Below are positions 9,399 to 18,011 of a DNA stretch of 21,666 bases, piece by piece. The notes below the pieces were generated by a model, which saw only the letters and a list, made by a program, of their open reading frames with translations, was not told the origin of the DNA and searched no databases. Within the stretch, counting starts at the first letter, position 1. Every line of letters begins with the position of its first letter. A program made the translations under genes and the position numbers. The stretch is from IMG/VR virus record IMGVR_UViG_2585427635_000006. One strand, 5' to 3'. Source of the stretch: an uncultured virus (IMG/VR IMGVR_UViG_2585427635_000006). Its lineage: Duplodnaviria; Heunggongvirae; Uroviricota; Caudoviricetes.

Positions 9399-9855
9399 AG
9401 GATCCGTCCGCCCTGCCGACCAAGCCGCCCCCTGTGGAGCCGCACCGTTTGTGACGGTGAAGTGCGTCAGCAGCACCCCATTGGGGGCGGCGCGTGTCGA
9501 CACTGACGGAGCGCAGCAAGTGATCACCTGCACCTACCTACACCAGATCAGCGTCAATGCCTATGGCGGCGACGCCTACGCCCAACTCTTGCAGGCCCGT
9601 GCGTTCCTGTCCTGCGAAGCAGGCATGGCGGGGCTGCGGGCACTGCGGGCGGGCCTGGTATCTGTCACGGCTGCCCAAGACCTCTCGGCCATTGTGGGCG
9701 CCGGCTATGAAGCCCGCGCCCGGATCGAATTACAGATCACCCACCACCACCGTGTGGTGACCACCCTGGCTGCTGTGGACAGCGCAGACATCCATATTCA
9801 CACCCGCACCGGTCACATCGCCAGCGTGACCATGACGGCACCGGAGACCCAGTAA
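9352..9855 (+). CDS. Tail terminator / neck protein
   Basis: Probable ATG at 9352 (MTGLRNLLRMLL). Lies directly upstream of the sheath gene, with its stop abutting the sheath ATG (TAAATG). Confidence 0.65.
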   Translation: MTGLRNLLRMLLALPEGSVRPADQAAPCGAAPFVTVKCVSSTPLGAARVDTDGAQQVITCTYLHQISVNAYGGDAYAQLLQARAFLSCEAGMAGLRALRAGLVSVTAAQDLSAIVGAGYEARARIELQITHHHRVVTTLAAVDSADIHIHTRTGHIASVTMTAPETQ

Positions 9856-11352
9856 ATGGCGCTAGCGCTTTCAAACATTGTCAATGTGCAACTCAATGGA
9901 CAGCCCCAGGCAGCAACCCGTCGTGACTTTGGGATGCTGGCCGTGTTCACCCCCGAAGCGGGCACCGTGTTTGTCGATACCAAAACACGCTTCATGCATG
10001 CCAGCACGCAGCAGCAGGTGGAACACGCCTTTGGCAGCTACTCCAAAACCGCAGCCGCCACCAGCCGCTTTTTTGCGCAAAGCCCCCGCCCCAAACAGCT
10101 GATGGTGGCGCGCTGGAATCGATTTAAACAACACATTGCCGCCTCCCCAACGACACTCACCTCCGGGCCGATTGCTCAGGCCGATACGTGGTACAAGGGC
10201 GTGGATGACGGCTGTTTTTCCATCCGCATCTATGGTGTGGATGTCACCTTATCCAAGCTGAATTTCACCACGGCCACCTCATTCTCCCAAGTGGCAGGTG
10301 TGTTGAATAAGGCACTGGATGAGTTTGGAGTGAATTGCCGATTCTTAAATGACTGCTTTGAACTCTATGCTGCCGTGGCCGGAGGAAATAACGCCATTGG
10401 CTATGCACAGCAGCGCAGTCCCTCTGGCACCTATGTCGGGCACTGGCTGAAGCTTGAAGCCGATCAGGCCCGCCTGAACATCGGTAACAACGCTGACACC
10501 ATTGAGGCTGAGACATTGCCGGATGCCTTTGCGGCCTTGCAGGCACTCACCACCGGCTGGTATGCCGCCGCAGTGGCCGATGAGACATTGACAGACACGC
10601 AGATCCGATCCGCCTCCACATGGATCCAAGTGGCAGACAAAAAAATCATGGGATGGACGACCCGTGATCCGGCGCATTTGGACTTTAAAAAAACCAATGT
10701 GTTCAGACAGCTCAACGCATCAGGGTGTGATCGCACCGTGGTGCTGTACGACACCACGGACCCCTACGCGGTGATCTCGTGGTTGGCCCGTGCCTTGTCG
10801 GTGAACTTCAGTGCCAACAACGCCGCCCTGACCATGAAATTTAAGCACCTGCCCGGCGTGGCCGCAGATCAATTGACACAGACCCAGGTGGCCCAGTGCG
10901 TGCGTTTAGGCATCAACTATTACGCCTACTTTGATGATGTGGCGATGGTGGCCGAAGGCACCTGTCTTGGCGGGCGCTTCTTTGATGAAGTCCATCTTCT
11001 GGATTGGCTGGTGGATGCGGTGCAAAAGGAAGTGTTTGCCGTCCTGCATCGCAGCCCGACGAAGGTGCCGCTGACGGATGCAGGCACCCACCTGCTGATC
11101 GCGGCCTGCAAAAAAGTCTGCCAAGAAGGGGTCCGTAACGGCGCCTTTGCCCCTGGCCTCTGGAACGGGCAGGCCTTCGGTGCGCTGGCCACGGGTGATT
11201 ACCTGGACGCTGGTTTTTATGTCTGGGCCGATTCAGTGGACACCTTATCGACCTCTGATCGCCAAGCCCGCCGCGCACCGCCCATCCAGATCGCCGTGAA
11301 GCTGGCCGGTGCCATCCATGCGGTGGACGTCATCATCCACTTTGACCGATAA
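9856..11352 (+). CDS. Tail sheath protein (DUF3383-like)
   Basis: 498 aa. N-terminal LSNIVNV, FFAQSPRPKQL, TMKFKHLPGV, KVPLTDAG and C-terminal KLAGAIHAVDV are typical of this sheath family. Confidence 0.9.
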   Translation: MALALSNIVNVQLNGQPQAATRRDFGMLAVFTPEAGTVFVDTKTRFMHASTQQQVEHAFGSYSKTAAATSRFFAQSPRPKQLMVARWNRFKQHIAASPTTLTSGPIAQADTWYKGVDDGCFSIRIYGVDVTLSKLNFTTATSFSQVAGVLNKALDEFGVNCRFLNDCFELYAAVAGGNNAIGYAQQRSPSGTYVGHWLKLEADQARLNIGNNADTIEAETLPDAFAALQALTTGWYAAAVADETLTDTQIRSASTWIQVADKKIMGWTTRDPAHLDFKKTNVFRQLNASGCDRTVVLYDTTDPYAVISWLARALSVNFSANNAALTMKFKHLPGVAADQLTQTQVAQCVRLGINYYAYFDDVAMVAEGTCLGGRFFDEVHLLDWLVDAVQKEVFAVLHRSPTKVPLTDAGTHLLIAACKKVCQEGVRNGAFAPGLWNGQAFGALATGDYLDAGFYVWADSVDTLSTSDRQARRAPPIQIAVKLAGAIHAVDVIIHFDR

Positions 11353-11361
11353 AGGAATCCC

Positions 11362-11799
11362 ATGTCCGTCTTCGACCCCAAACAAGTGTCGGTGCTGCTC
11401 AATGGAACCCAGATCAAAGACTGGGCCGATGGCACGGACGTGATCGACGCCAAACACAATGCCGATGCCGGTGCCTACACCATCGGGGCCAGCGGCACGG
11501 GCGTGTTTGTCGCCAACGCGGATCGGTCCGGCACCTTAACGTTGAAAATCAAACAGCACAGCGCCGACAACGCCTTTTTGAGCAGGCGACTGGCGCAGCA
11601 ACGCGGCGCGATCCAGTCCTTCACCCCCTTCACCCTGGATATCCGTGACCTGTTGAATCAGGACGTGGTGACAGCCACCCAAGGGTATTTCACGACGCCC
11701 CCCGGATTTACCCGGGGCGCCGGACACAATCCAGAAACCTGGACACTGGTGTTTGAAGTGATGGACATCACCCTAGAAAAAGGCTTTGGCAACGCATGA
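11362..11799 (+). CDS. Tail tube protein (DUF3277-like)
   Basis: 145 aa with an AAGGA SD, following the sheath. Motifs FDPKQVSV and SGTLTLKIKQHS..N..L. Confidence 0.85.
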   Translation: MSVFDPKQVSVLLNGTQIKDWADGTDVIDAKHNADAGAYTIGASGTGVFVANADRSGTLTLKIKQHSADNAFLSRRLAQQRGAIQSFTPFTLDIRDLLNQDVVTATQGYFTTPPGFTRGAGHNPETWTLVFEVMDITLEKGFGNA

Positions 11800-12218
11800 A
11801 CAATGAACATCGTTTTGAAATAGAGGGCCTCACCTACGTCATGACCCCGGCCAATGCGATGGCGGCCTGGCAATCACTCAAACGCGCCGGGGTGCTACTG
11901 CGGGGGATGGATGCCGACGCCCTGGCCAACGCCCAAGGCACCGCCTCCGTTGCCCTAGGGACGCTGCTAAGCCATCTGGGCGACCCTGCGGTGACCGAGA
12001 TAGAAGCCCTGGTGTTTGAACAGACCGCGATCAAGACCCCCGAGGGCACCACCTACCGGCTCAGCCCAGATCGGCTCAATGAGCACTTCAACACCCGCCG
12101 CACCCATCTGCTGCGCGTCTTGATGGAAGGAGTCAAGTATCAATACAGCGATTTTTTCGCTGGCGGCATGGCGGCCTTTCAGGAGCTGAATCCCATGCCA
12201 AGCGCCGAGAAACAGTAA
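11796..12218 (+). CDS. Tail assembly chaperone (gpG-like, short form)
   Basis: 140 aa between tube and tape measure genes. Contains the slippery GAT TTT TTC near its 3' end. Confidence 0.8.
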   Translation: MNNEHRFEIEGLTYVMTPANAMAAWQSLKRAGVLLRGMDADALANAQGTASVALGTLLSHLGDPAVTEIEALVFEQTAIKTPEGTTYRLSPDRLNEHFNTRRTHLLRVLMEGVKYQYSDFFAGGMAAFQELNPMPSAEKQ

Positions 12219-12409
12219 CCGACTGGTTTCTTTGGGCACCGATCATGCGCGGCTATTGCGACCTTGACCAACTGCGCACCGTGTACTGCCTCAGTGACTT
12301 ATGTAGCTTCCACACCGCGATGGTGGAATGGGATGCCCTCCAGCATGACGCACTAACCCCCTGCGATGATTCTCGACGAATTCCTGATCCGCCTTGGCGC
12401 GGTCGCTGA
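12152..12409 (+). CDS. Frameshifted tail assembly chaperone extension (gpGT-like), -1 frame
   Basis: Heptamer T TTT TTC at 12152-12158. The -1 frame is open from there to TGA 12407-12409: RWRHGGLSGAESHAKRRETVTDWFLWAPIMRGYCDLDQLRTVYCLSDLCSFHTAMVEWDALQHDALTPCDDSRRIPDPPWRGR*. Not in the ORF track. Confidence 0.75.
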   Translation, partial: FFRWRHGGLSGAESHAKRRETVTDWFLWAPIMRGYCDLDQLRTVYCLSDLCSFHTAMVEWDALQHDALTPCDDSRRIPDPPWRGR

Positions 12410-14255
12410 CACCTCAGGCTTCAACACCTTTAGCACCGGCCTGACCCGCGTTACGGGCCTCGTGACGGTGGCCGCCGCCGCCATGGGCGGGGCGCTGGCG
12501 GGAATGAATCGCTTTGTCGGCAGCGCCTTAAGCGAACTCAATGCCCTCAATAGCGCCAGCCAGCGCACCGGAGCCAGCCTGTCCTTGCTCCAGGAGCTGG
12601 GCTATGCGGCGCGTTTGAATGGCTCCTCTGTGGAGGCCTCGACCCGTTCTATTGAATCCTTGTCCCAAAAAATAGGCGAAGCCGCCAATGGGGTGGGGCG
12701 CGGGGCCATGCTGTTCCAGAAGCTGGGCTTGCAGGCCCGACAGGCCGATGGCTCCGTTAAATCCGTTGGCGACATGCTGGGCGATGTGCAAGAAAAAATC
12801 CGTGGCTTGTCGGCACCACAACAGCAGTCCATCCTGGCCAACCTGGGCATGGATGCCACGATGCTGCAAACCCTGCGCCTGAGTCGTGAAGAGTTAAACG
12901 GCGTCTTCCAAGAGGCACACGATCTAGGTGTCATCACCGCGGATGGTGCCGATACCGCGCTGGACTATGGCGATGCGATGGAACGCCTGCGCGTGGTGCT
13001 GGGGGCCTTACGGACCAACATTGCCATTGGGGTGGCACCGGCCTTCATCCGGCTGATTGAGCACTCCAAACACTGGTTGATTGCCAATAAAGAGCAACTG
13101 CGTGATGGTATCGGCAAAGTCGTCAAGATTCTCATTGCAGCGGGCACCGCCGTATGGAACGTCATCCGTGCCGTGAACAGCGCGGTGAATCAGACCATTG
13201 GTTGGAAAGCGGCGCTGCTGGCCGTGGGCGCGGTGCTGGCCCGGGCCTTTGCACTGAACCCGCTCACCTGGCTGATTGCGGGGATTGTGGCCCTCGTGGC
13301 CCTGGTCGATGACTTCATAACCTACCTGGACGGCGGAGAGTCCTTGCTGGGTGCCTTCTGGGGTCCACTGATCACCTACGCCAAGCGTGCCAAGGCCGTG
13401 ATGGAAGACCTTACGCCCGCACTCAAAGCCCTTGGCGTCCTCTTAGCGGGACTGGCCATCGGTCACGTGGTGAGTCATATTGGCCGCCTCGTGGGCGCAG
13501 GCCGCACTCTGGCGCTGTGGCTTGCGGGGCCGTTGGTGAAAGCGCTCCAGGTTGCCGCGCTGGCGTTGCGGGCCGCGTTTTTGTCCAACCCCATTGGAGT
13601 AGTGATTGCAAGCGTGGCCCTGCTGGCCTATGCCATCCATACTCACTTTGACACGATCAAGCAGGCGGTGGGCACCGCTTGGGACTGGTGCACCCGCACC
13701 ACCAATGCCGCCTTTGGGTCCATCCAACACACGCTGCAAGAGGCTGCCGCCGCCGCCAAGACCATCTGGGCCAGCGTCAAGGACGCCTGTGCGCTGGCCT
13801 TTAGCCACAGCATCGCCAGCGCCGATAGCGCGGTGAACCGCTTGCGCACCGTGTTCAGCGCCATGGGCAGCCGTATCAGCGCCGCCCTGACCAGCGCCTT
13901 CGACACCATCATGACGCTATGGGACCGTACCGTCGGGCGTATCGCCCAGGGGGCCGAGCGGATCAAAGGCTTTTTCCGAGCGATTGCTCCAACACTGAAG
14001 CAGGCCGGTCGTGACACCCAAGACGTGGCGCAGCGCGTCAATGCACAGGTGCAGGCCGCCCAGACGACAGCTCGCCACGCCGCTGCTCAGGCCGCCACGC
14101 CCGCCCGTTCTCAGCCCAACGTGCATTCCCAACAGGATGTAAAGATCGATATCCACACCGCCGACCCGATCCTGGCCGGTCGCCAAGCCGCCGCCGACAT
14201 CAACAGACACCACCAGATGGCGCTGCGTCATACCGGCAGTGCTGTGGCGTTTTGA
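12366..14255 (+). CDS. Tail tape measure protein
   Basis: 629 aa, Ala-rich and helical with hydrophobic segments (ALNPLTWLIAGIVALVALVDDF; LSNPIGVVIASVALLA). N-terminal ILDEFLIRLG; follows the chaperone. Confidence 0.9.
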   Translation: MILDEFLIRLGAVADTSGFNTFSTGLTRVTGLVTVAAAAMGGALAGMNRFVGSALSELNALNSASQRTGASLSLLQELGYAARLNGSSVEASTRSIESLSQKIGEAANGVGRGAMLFQKLGLQARQADGSVKSVGDMLGDVQEKIRGLSAPQQQSILANLGMDATMLQTLRLSREELNGVFQEAHDLGVITADGADTALDYGDAMERLRVVLGALRTNIAIGVAPAFIRLIEHSKHWLIANKEQLRDGIGKVVKILIAAGTAVWNVIRAVNSAVNQTIGWKAALLAVGAVLARAFALNPLTWLIAGIVALVALVDDFITYLDGGESLLGAFWGPLITYAKRAKAVMEDLTPALKALGVLLAGLAIGHVVSHIGRLVGAGRTLALWLAGPLVKALQVAALALRAAFLSNPIGVVIASVALLAYAIHTHFDTIKQAVGTAWDWCTRTTNAAFGSIQHTLQEAAAAAKTIWASVKDACALAFSHSIASADSAVNRLRTVFSAMGSRISAALTSAFDTIMTLWDRTVGRIAQGAERIKGFFRAIAPTLKQAGRDTQDVAQRVNAQVQAAQTTARHAAAQAATPARSQPNVHSQQDVKIDIHTADPILAGRQAAADINRHHQMALRHTGSAVAF

Positions 14256-14265
14256 GGGGATCGTC

Positions 14266-14670
14266 TTACCTCTCTAGCCAGTTTTGCACATCCAAGCCGC
14301 GAATTCGGCTGAACTCGCGGGTGTTGTCCGTGACCAAAGTCAGCCCGAGTACGTAAGCATGCGCAGCAATCAATAGATCATTAGCGCCGATCAGCTGACC
14401 CGCAGCCTCCAGCTCAGCACGGATACTGCCATATGTTGTGTCAACAGGTATGTCCAAAGGCAGGATCGGCAGCGTTTTAAGAATGTCCTGTACCCTGCTC
14501 AGCAGCTTTACCGAGCCATTTTTCGTGCATCCATAGCGAAGTTCGGCCGCCACGATAACGCTCGTGCAAATGTTCGGATACCCAACGTGTTCAATACGGC
14601 AAGCCACCGCCCCGAATGGGTTACGAATGATATCGCTGATGATATTTGTGTCGAGCATATAGCCGCTCAC
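14266..14670 (-). CDS. vapC: VapC PIN-domain toxin
   Basis: 134 aa with intact PIN motifs YMLDTNII, AAELRYG, IGANDLLIAAHA and LVTDNTREFSRI. GTG start overlaps the vapB stop (GTGA). Confidence 0.93.
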   Translation of the reverse strand: MSGYMLDTNIISDIIRNPFGAVACRIEHVGYPNICTSVIVAAELRYGCTKNGSVKLLSRVQDILKTLPILPLDIPVDTTYGSIRAELEAAGQLIGANDLLIAAHAYVLGLTLVTDNTREFSRIRGLDVQNWLER

Positions 14671-14939
14671 AGAATATCCTCTGGCTGAGCGGGCATGTCA
14701 TCAATATCAGGGAATTGATCCTCTGGGCCGAGTGGTGTTTCTCTTCGCCACTCGTGCAGTAATTCAACAATATTGGTTGGCCTGGTGATCGGCTCAATAA
14801 TGAGCTTGCTCCCCTCACGGTGGATCAGAACACGATCGCCCGACAGCTCGAATTCAACGGGAATTCGTACCGCCTGGCTACGATTATTTCGGAATAGCTT
14901 CGCTTCCTTAGTACGTGATAACGGAGATGAAATTGGCAT
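14667..14939 (-). CDS. vapB: VapB antitoxin (AbrB/MazE-type DNA-binding domain)
   Basis: Motifs AKLFRNNRSQAVRIP and LIIEP with an acidic C-terminus. Start is uncertain (ATG at 14939 or 14954; the ORF track extends to 14978). Confidence 0.88.
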   Translation of the reverse strand: MPISSPLSRTKEAKLFRNNRSQAVRIPVEFELSGDRVLIHREGSKLIIEPITRPTNIVELLHEWRRETPLGPEDQFPDIDDMPAQPEDIL

Positions 14940-14954
14940 CGGCACGGCATCCAT

Positions 14955-14977
14955 TGCATATACATGTTGTATATGCA
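14955..14977. promoter_or_regulatory. vapBC operator palindrome
   Basis: TGCATATACA-TGT-TGTATATGCA, a perfect 10-bp inverted repeat immediately upstream of vapB. Confidence 0.75.
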
Positions 14978-15098
14978 TGAATGTACATGCCTAGCATTCT
15001 CGAAAACAAGTCTGTCCGTATCGTGTGTAGTGATAACCCAGGATATGGATCTGAAGAAATTGCCGTACTTCCTCATGCAGTAAAGCGATTCCCCCCTC

Positions 15099-15869
15099 AT
15101 GATCACCCTGACCCACCGCCACATAGGCACCGTCACCCTGGATGCAGTGCTTGAAGAAACGCACCAAGCCGAGCTGCGCATCACTGAAAATCCGATAGAG
15201 TCTGGCGCGATGATCGGCGATCACGCCGTTCTGATGCCGCAGACCGTCACCATTGCTGGCATTGTGGTGGACTACCAACCCCAGCGCAGCCCAGCCCCTG
15301 CCGCAGAGGAGCACAGGGCCGAGCCATTGAGTGTCTTGACCGATCGCGTGCCTTTCCCCACGGACCTGCTGCCCTTCACCGCTCAGGCCCTGCGTGTGGC
15401 CCAACGTGAACTGCCCTCGGTGATCAGCCAAGCCACTGCACCCCAGAGCGACGGCCAGCACGCCGTGCGCCCTCTGGCCGATTGGCTGCCGGATTACCAG
15501 CCCATCACCCCCCGTGATGACTCCAGCACCACAGGCCGCATTGCCCAGGTGTACACCGCCCTACGGAATCTACAACGCAGCGGACAGACCCTGGAGGTAC
15601 ACACCGGCGTCCAGACGTATCAAGACATGTTGATTCTCTCCATTGCGGCCAGACAAACCCAGGATGGTTCGATTGAATTCGTGCTGACAGTGCGAGAACT
15701 GTTCATCGTCAAGACAACATCGATTTCTGGTGTCTCATTGCCCGCCCCCAAACGTGGCAGGAGCGCCTCCCAAGGCGCGGCGCAACGCCACAGCGGCCAG
15801 ACCCACCCTAAGCCGGTGGACACCGAGAAGAACCGCTCCTTACTGCGTCAGATGTCTGGACTGTTCTGA
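15099..15869 (+). CDS. Baseplate / tail-tube initiator protein (Dit-like)
   Basis: 256 aa. Motifs LDAVLEETH, ITENPIESGAMIGDHA and TYQDMLI; first structural gene after the tape measure. Confidence 0.75.
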   Translation: MITLTHRHIGTVTLDAVLEETHQAELRITENPIESGAMIGDHAVLMPQTVTIAGIVVDYQPQRSPAPAAEEHRAEPLSVLTDRVPFPTDLLPFTAQALRVAQRELPSVISQATAPQSDGQHAVRPLADWLPDYQPITPRDDSSTTGRIAQVYTALRNLQRSGQTLEVHTGVQTYQDMLILSIAARQTQDGSIEFVLTVRELFIVKTTSISGVSLPAPKRGRSASQGAAQRHSGQTHPKPVDTEKNRSLLRQMSGLF

Positions 15870-16186
15870 TGTGGCAGATTCCCGTGGATAGCAGCGCGTA
15901 TCAGACCCAGTCGTTTCGCGTAGGTGCCGAGTCCCTACGCTTGATCCTGCGATGGAATCCGGTCCCGTGTTGCTGGTCGATGGACCTGTACACCGCGACC
16001 CTAGATCAGCCCGTGGCGCAAGGCGTTCCCCTGGTGGTGGGCGTCCCCCTGTTGTGGCGGCGTCCTGTTGATTACTTCTTTTGGCTAACAGATGAAAGCG
16101 GTTTAGAGATGGACCCGATGCGCCAACAGGACCTAGGCGAACGCTGCTTGCTGTTTGTTGGATTAAAAGAGCAGGTCCGCCCATGA
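15869..16186 (+). CDS. Small baseplate protein
   Basis: 105 aa, translationally coupled on both sides (TGATG, ATGA). Motifs LRWN..W.MDL and GVPLVVG. Confidence 0.7.
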   Translation: MWQIPVDSSAYQTQSFRVGAESLRLILRWNPVPCCWSMDLYTATLDQPVAQGVPLVVGVPLLWRRPVDYFFWLTDESGLEMDPMRQQDLGERCLLFVGLKEQVRP

Positions 16187-17013
16187 AACAGTTTGGCCGC
16201 CAGTATCGCCTGGAGCTGGGGTCCAGCCACGATGGGATTGCCATCGACACCCTGCGCATCGCCTTTGACATCCGCAAAACCAGCGACTCCACCCCCAACC
16301 CAGCCAAGATCACCGTATGGAATCTCAACCGCGATCACCTGAGCTTGCTCACCAGCCGACAGTACAACAGGGTCCGGCTGCTCGCCGGTTACGCAGAACT
16401 GCGCCTGTTATTTGTCGGTGACATCATCAAGCCTTCTGTGAGACGCGATGGAACCGATTACATCATTGAACTGGAATGCGGCGATGGCGATCACGACTAC
16501 CGCCATGCGCATGTTTGCTTATCGTTGGCCGCAGGGGCGACCGATGCCCAGGTACTGCGGGCACTGAGTACCTCCATGCCGTCTACCCGGCTAGGACCTA
16601 TCCAGATGCAGGGACAGCGTGGCTTGACCCGCGGCAAAGTGCTCTCAGGCAACACACGGACCCTGCTGGATGCAATGGCCAAAAATCATGGTGCGGACTG
16701 GTCCATCCAGGATGGCGCACTGATGTTACTGCCTGCCGATACCGTCCTGGCCGGTGACGCCGTGCTGCTCTCCCAAAGCAGCGGCATGATTGGCTCCCCC
16801 GAAGTGACCGATGATGGATTAAAAATCACCACCTTGCTCAATCCGGCCTTGCGCATCGGCGGCCTGGTGCGCGTGGACTCGATCATCCCCATCTACAACG
16901 GCGACTACAAAATCACCTCACTGCAAGACATGGGCGATGTCATGGCCGAAGCCTGGTTCAGTACGGTGACCTGTGTGGGCGGTGATTTTCAGAACGTGAG
17001 GCCGTCTGTATGA
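16183..17013 (+). CDS. Baseplate hub protein
   Basis: 276 aa. Motifs AKITVWNL, LLAGY, WSIQDG, GMIGSP and LLNPALRIG; lies upstream of the spike. Confidence 0.8.
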   Translation: MKQFGRQYRLELGSSHDGIAIDTLRIAFDIRKTSDSTPNPAKITVWNLNRDHLSLLTSRQYNRVRLLAGYAELRLLFVGDIIKPSVRRDGTDYIIELECGDGDHDYRHAHVCLSLAAGATDAQVLRALSTSMPSTRLGPIQMQGQRGLTRGKVLSGNTRTLLDAMAKNHGADWSIQDGALMLLPADTVLAGDAVLLSQSSGMIGSPEVTDDGLKITTLLNPALRIGGLVRVDSIIPIYNGDYKITSLQDMGDVMAEAWFSTVTCVGGDFQNVRPSV

Positions 17014-17651
17014 GTCTGGATGACTGGAATAACGCCTCCCTCAGTGCCGTACTGCAACGCAGTACCGAAGCGCTGGCCCAGCGCCTGCGTGTGGCCTTGC
17101 CTGGGCAGATCGTCCGCTTTAACCCAGTCACCCAAACGGCGACCGTACAGCCGTTGATCCAGCAGAAGAGGAACGATGGCTCCCTTCAGCCCTTACCGGT
17201 ACTCCAGGATGTGCCGGTATCCTTCCCGCGGGGCGGCGGCTTTGTGATGACCTTCCCCGTGGCTGCTGGGGATGAATGCGAACTCATCTTCCAAGATCGC
17301 TGCATGGATGCCTGGTTCCAGTCTGGCCGTGCGTCCGAGCCTGTGGACTATCGCCTGCATGACCTGTCTGATGCCGTTGCCTGCGTGGGAATTGCTTCCT
17401 TACCCAATGTCATTCCGAGGTTTGAAATGGACGGCGTGGTACTGCGCACCCTGGATGGCCGCGCCTCATTCAAACTGGATACCCAAGGCGTGATCACGCT
17501 GCGCGGCAGCAAACTGGTTCTTGATCTTCCCGTGGAATTCACCCAGGGACTGCGTGGTCATGGCGACGTCGTATCAAACAGCATCGGCCTGGAGACACAC
17601 ACCCACGACAACGTGGAGAACGGCCCAGGACAGACAGGCCCGGCCCAATGA
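17010..17651 (+). CDS. Central membrane-puncturing spike (Gp138/GpV-like)
   Basis: 213 aa. OB-fold-type N-terminus (ALPGQIV, DVPVSFPRGGG, GDEC, RLHDLSDA) and C-terminal HxH apex motif (LETHTH). Confidence 0.85.
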   Translation: MSLDDWNNASLSAVLQRSTEALAQRLRVALPGQIVRFNPVTQTATVQPLIQQKRNDGSLQPLPVLQDVPVSFPRGGGFVMTFPVAAGDECELIFQDRCMDAWFQSGRASEPVDYRLHDLSDAVACVGIASLPNVIPRFEMDGVVLRTLDGRASFKLDTQGVITLRGSKLVLDLPVEFTQGLRGHGDVVSNSIGLETHTHDNVENGPGQTGPAQ

Positions 17652-18001
17652 GAGTGCGGCGCTTGGACAGCCAAGGGGATTGGACCTTCGGCAACGGGCG
17701 CGGCAACTATGCTGCCGCCAGCGATTGTCTGGCACAGCGCGTAAAGACACGGCTGCGCTCCTTCCGTGGCAACTGGTTCCTGGATCTGGACCACGGCCTG
17801 CCGTGGCTGGAGCTGATGGAGCGGCCTGCCGACCTGGTACACCTGGAGCACGAGGTCAAGCGCTGCATCCTCAGCACCGAAGGGGTGAGCCGCCTCACCG
17901 CCTTCTCAATGGCCTTGGAGGCTGACACCCGCACCTTAACTATCCAAGTCACCTTGCTGGATGTGGACCAGCAGGCGATGACCGTTAGCACCACGCTGTG
18001 A
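17648..18001 (+). CDS. Baseplate wedge / sheath initiator (gp25-like)
   Basis: 117 aa. Motifs RRLD..GDWTFG, QRVKTRL, GNWFLD..GLPW and ILSTEGV; between spike and baseplate J. Confidence 0.78.
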   Translation: MRVRRLDSQGDWTFGNGRGNYAAASDCLAQRVKTRLRSFRGNWFLDLDHGLPWLELMERPADLVHLEHEVKRCILSTEGVSRLTAFSMALEADTRTLTIQVTLLDVDQQAMTVSTTL

Positions 18002-18011
18002 GGGGATGCGC

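Noticed and set aside
15045..15083. MDLKKLPYFL resembles a LysR-family N-terminus
   Set aside because: Only 12 codons with no continuation in the sequence; too short to call a pseudogene.
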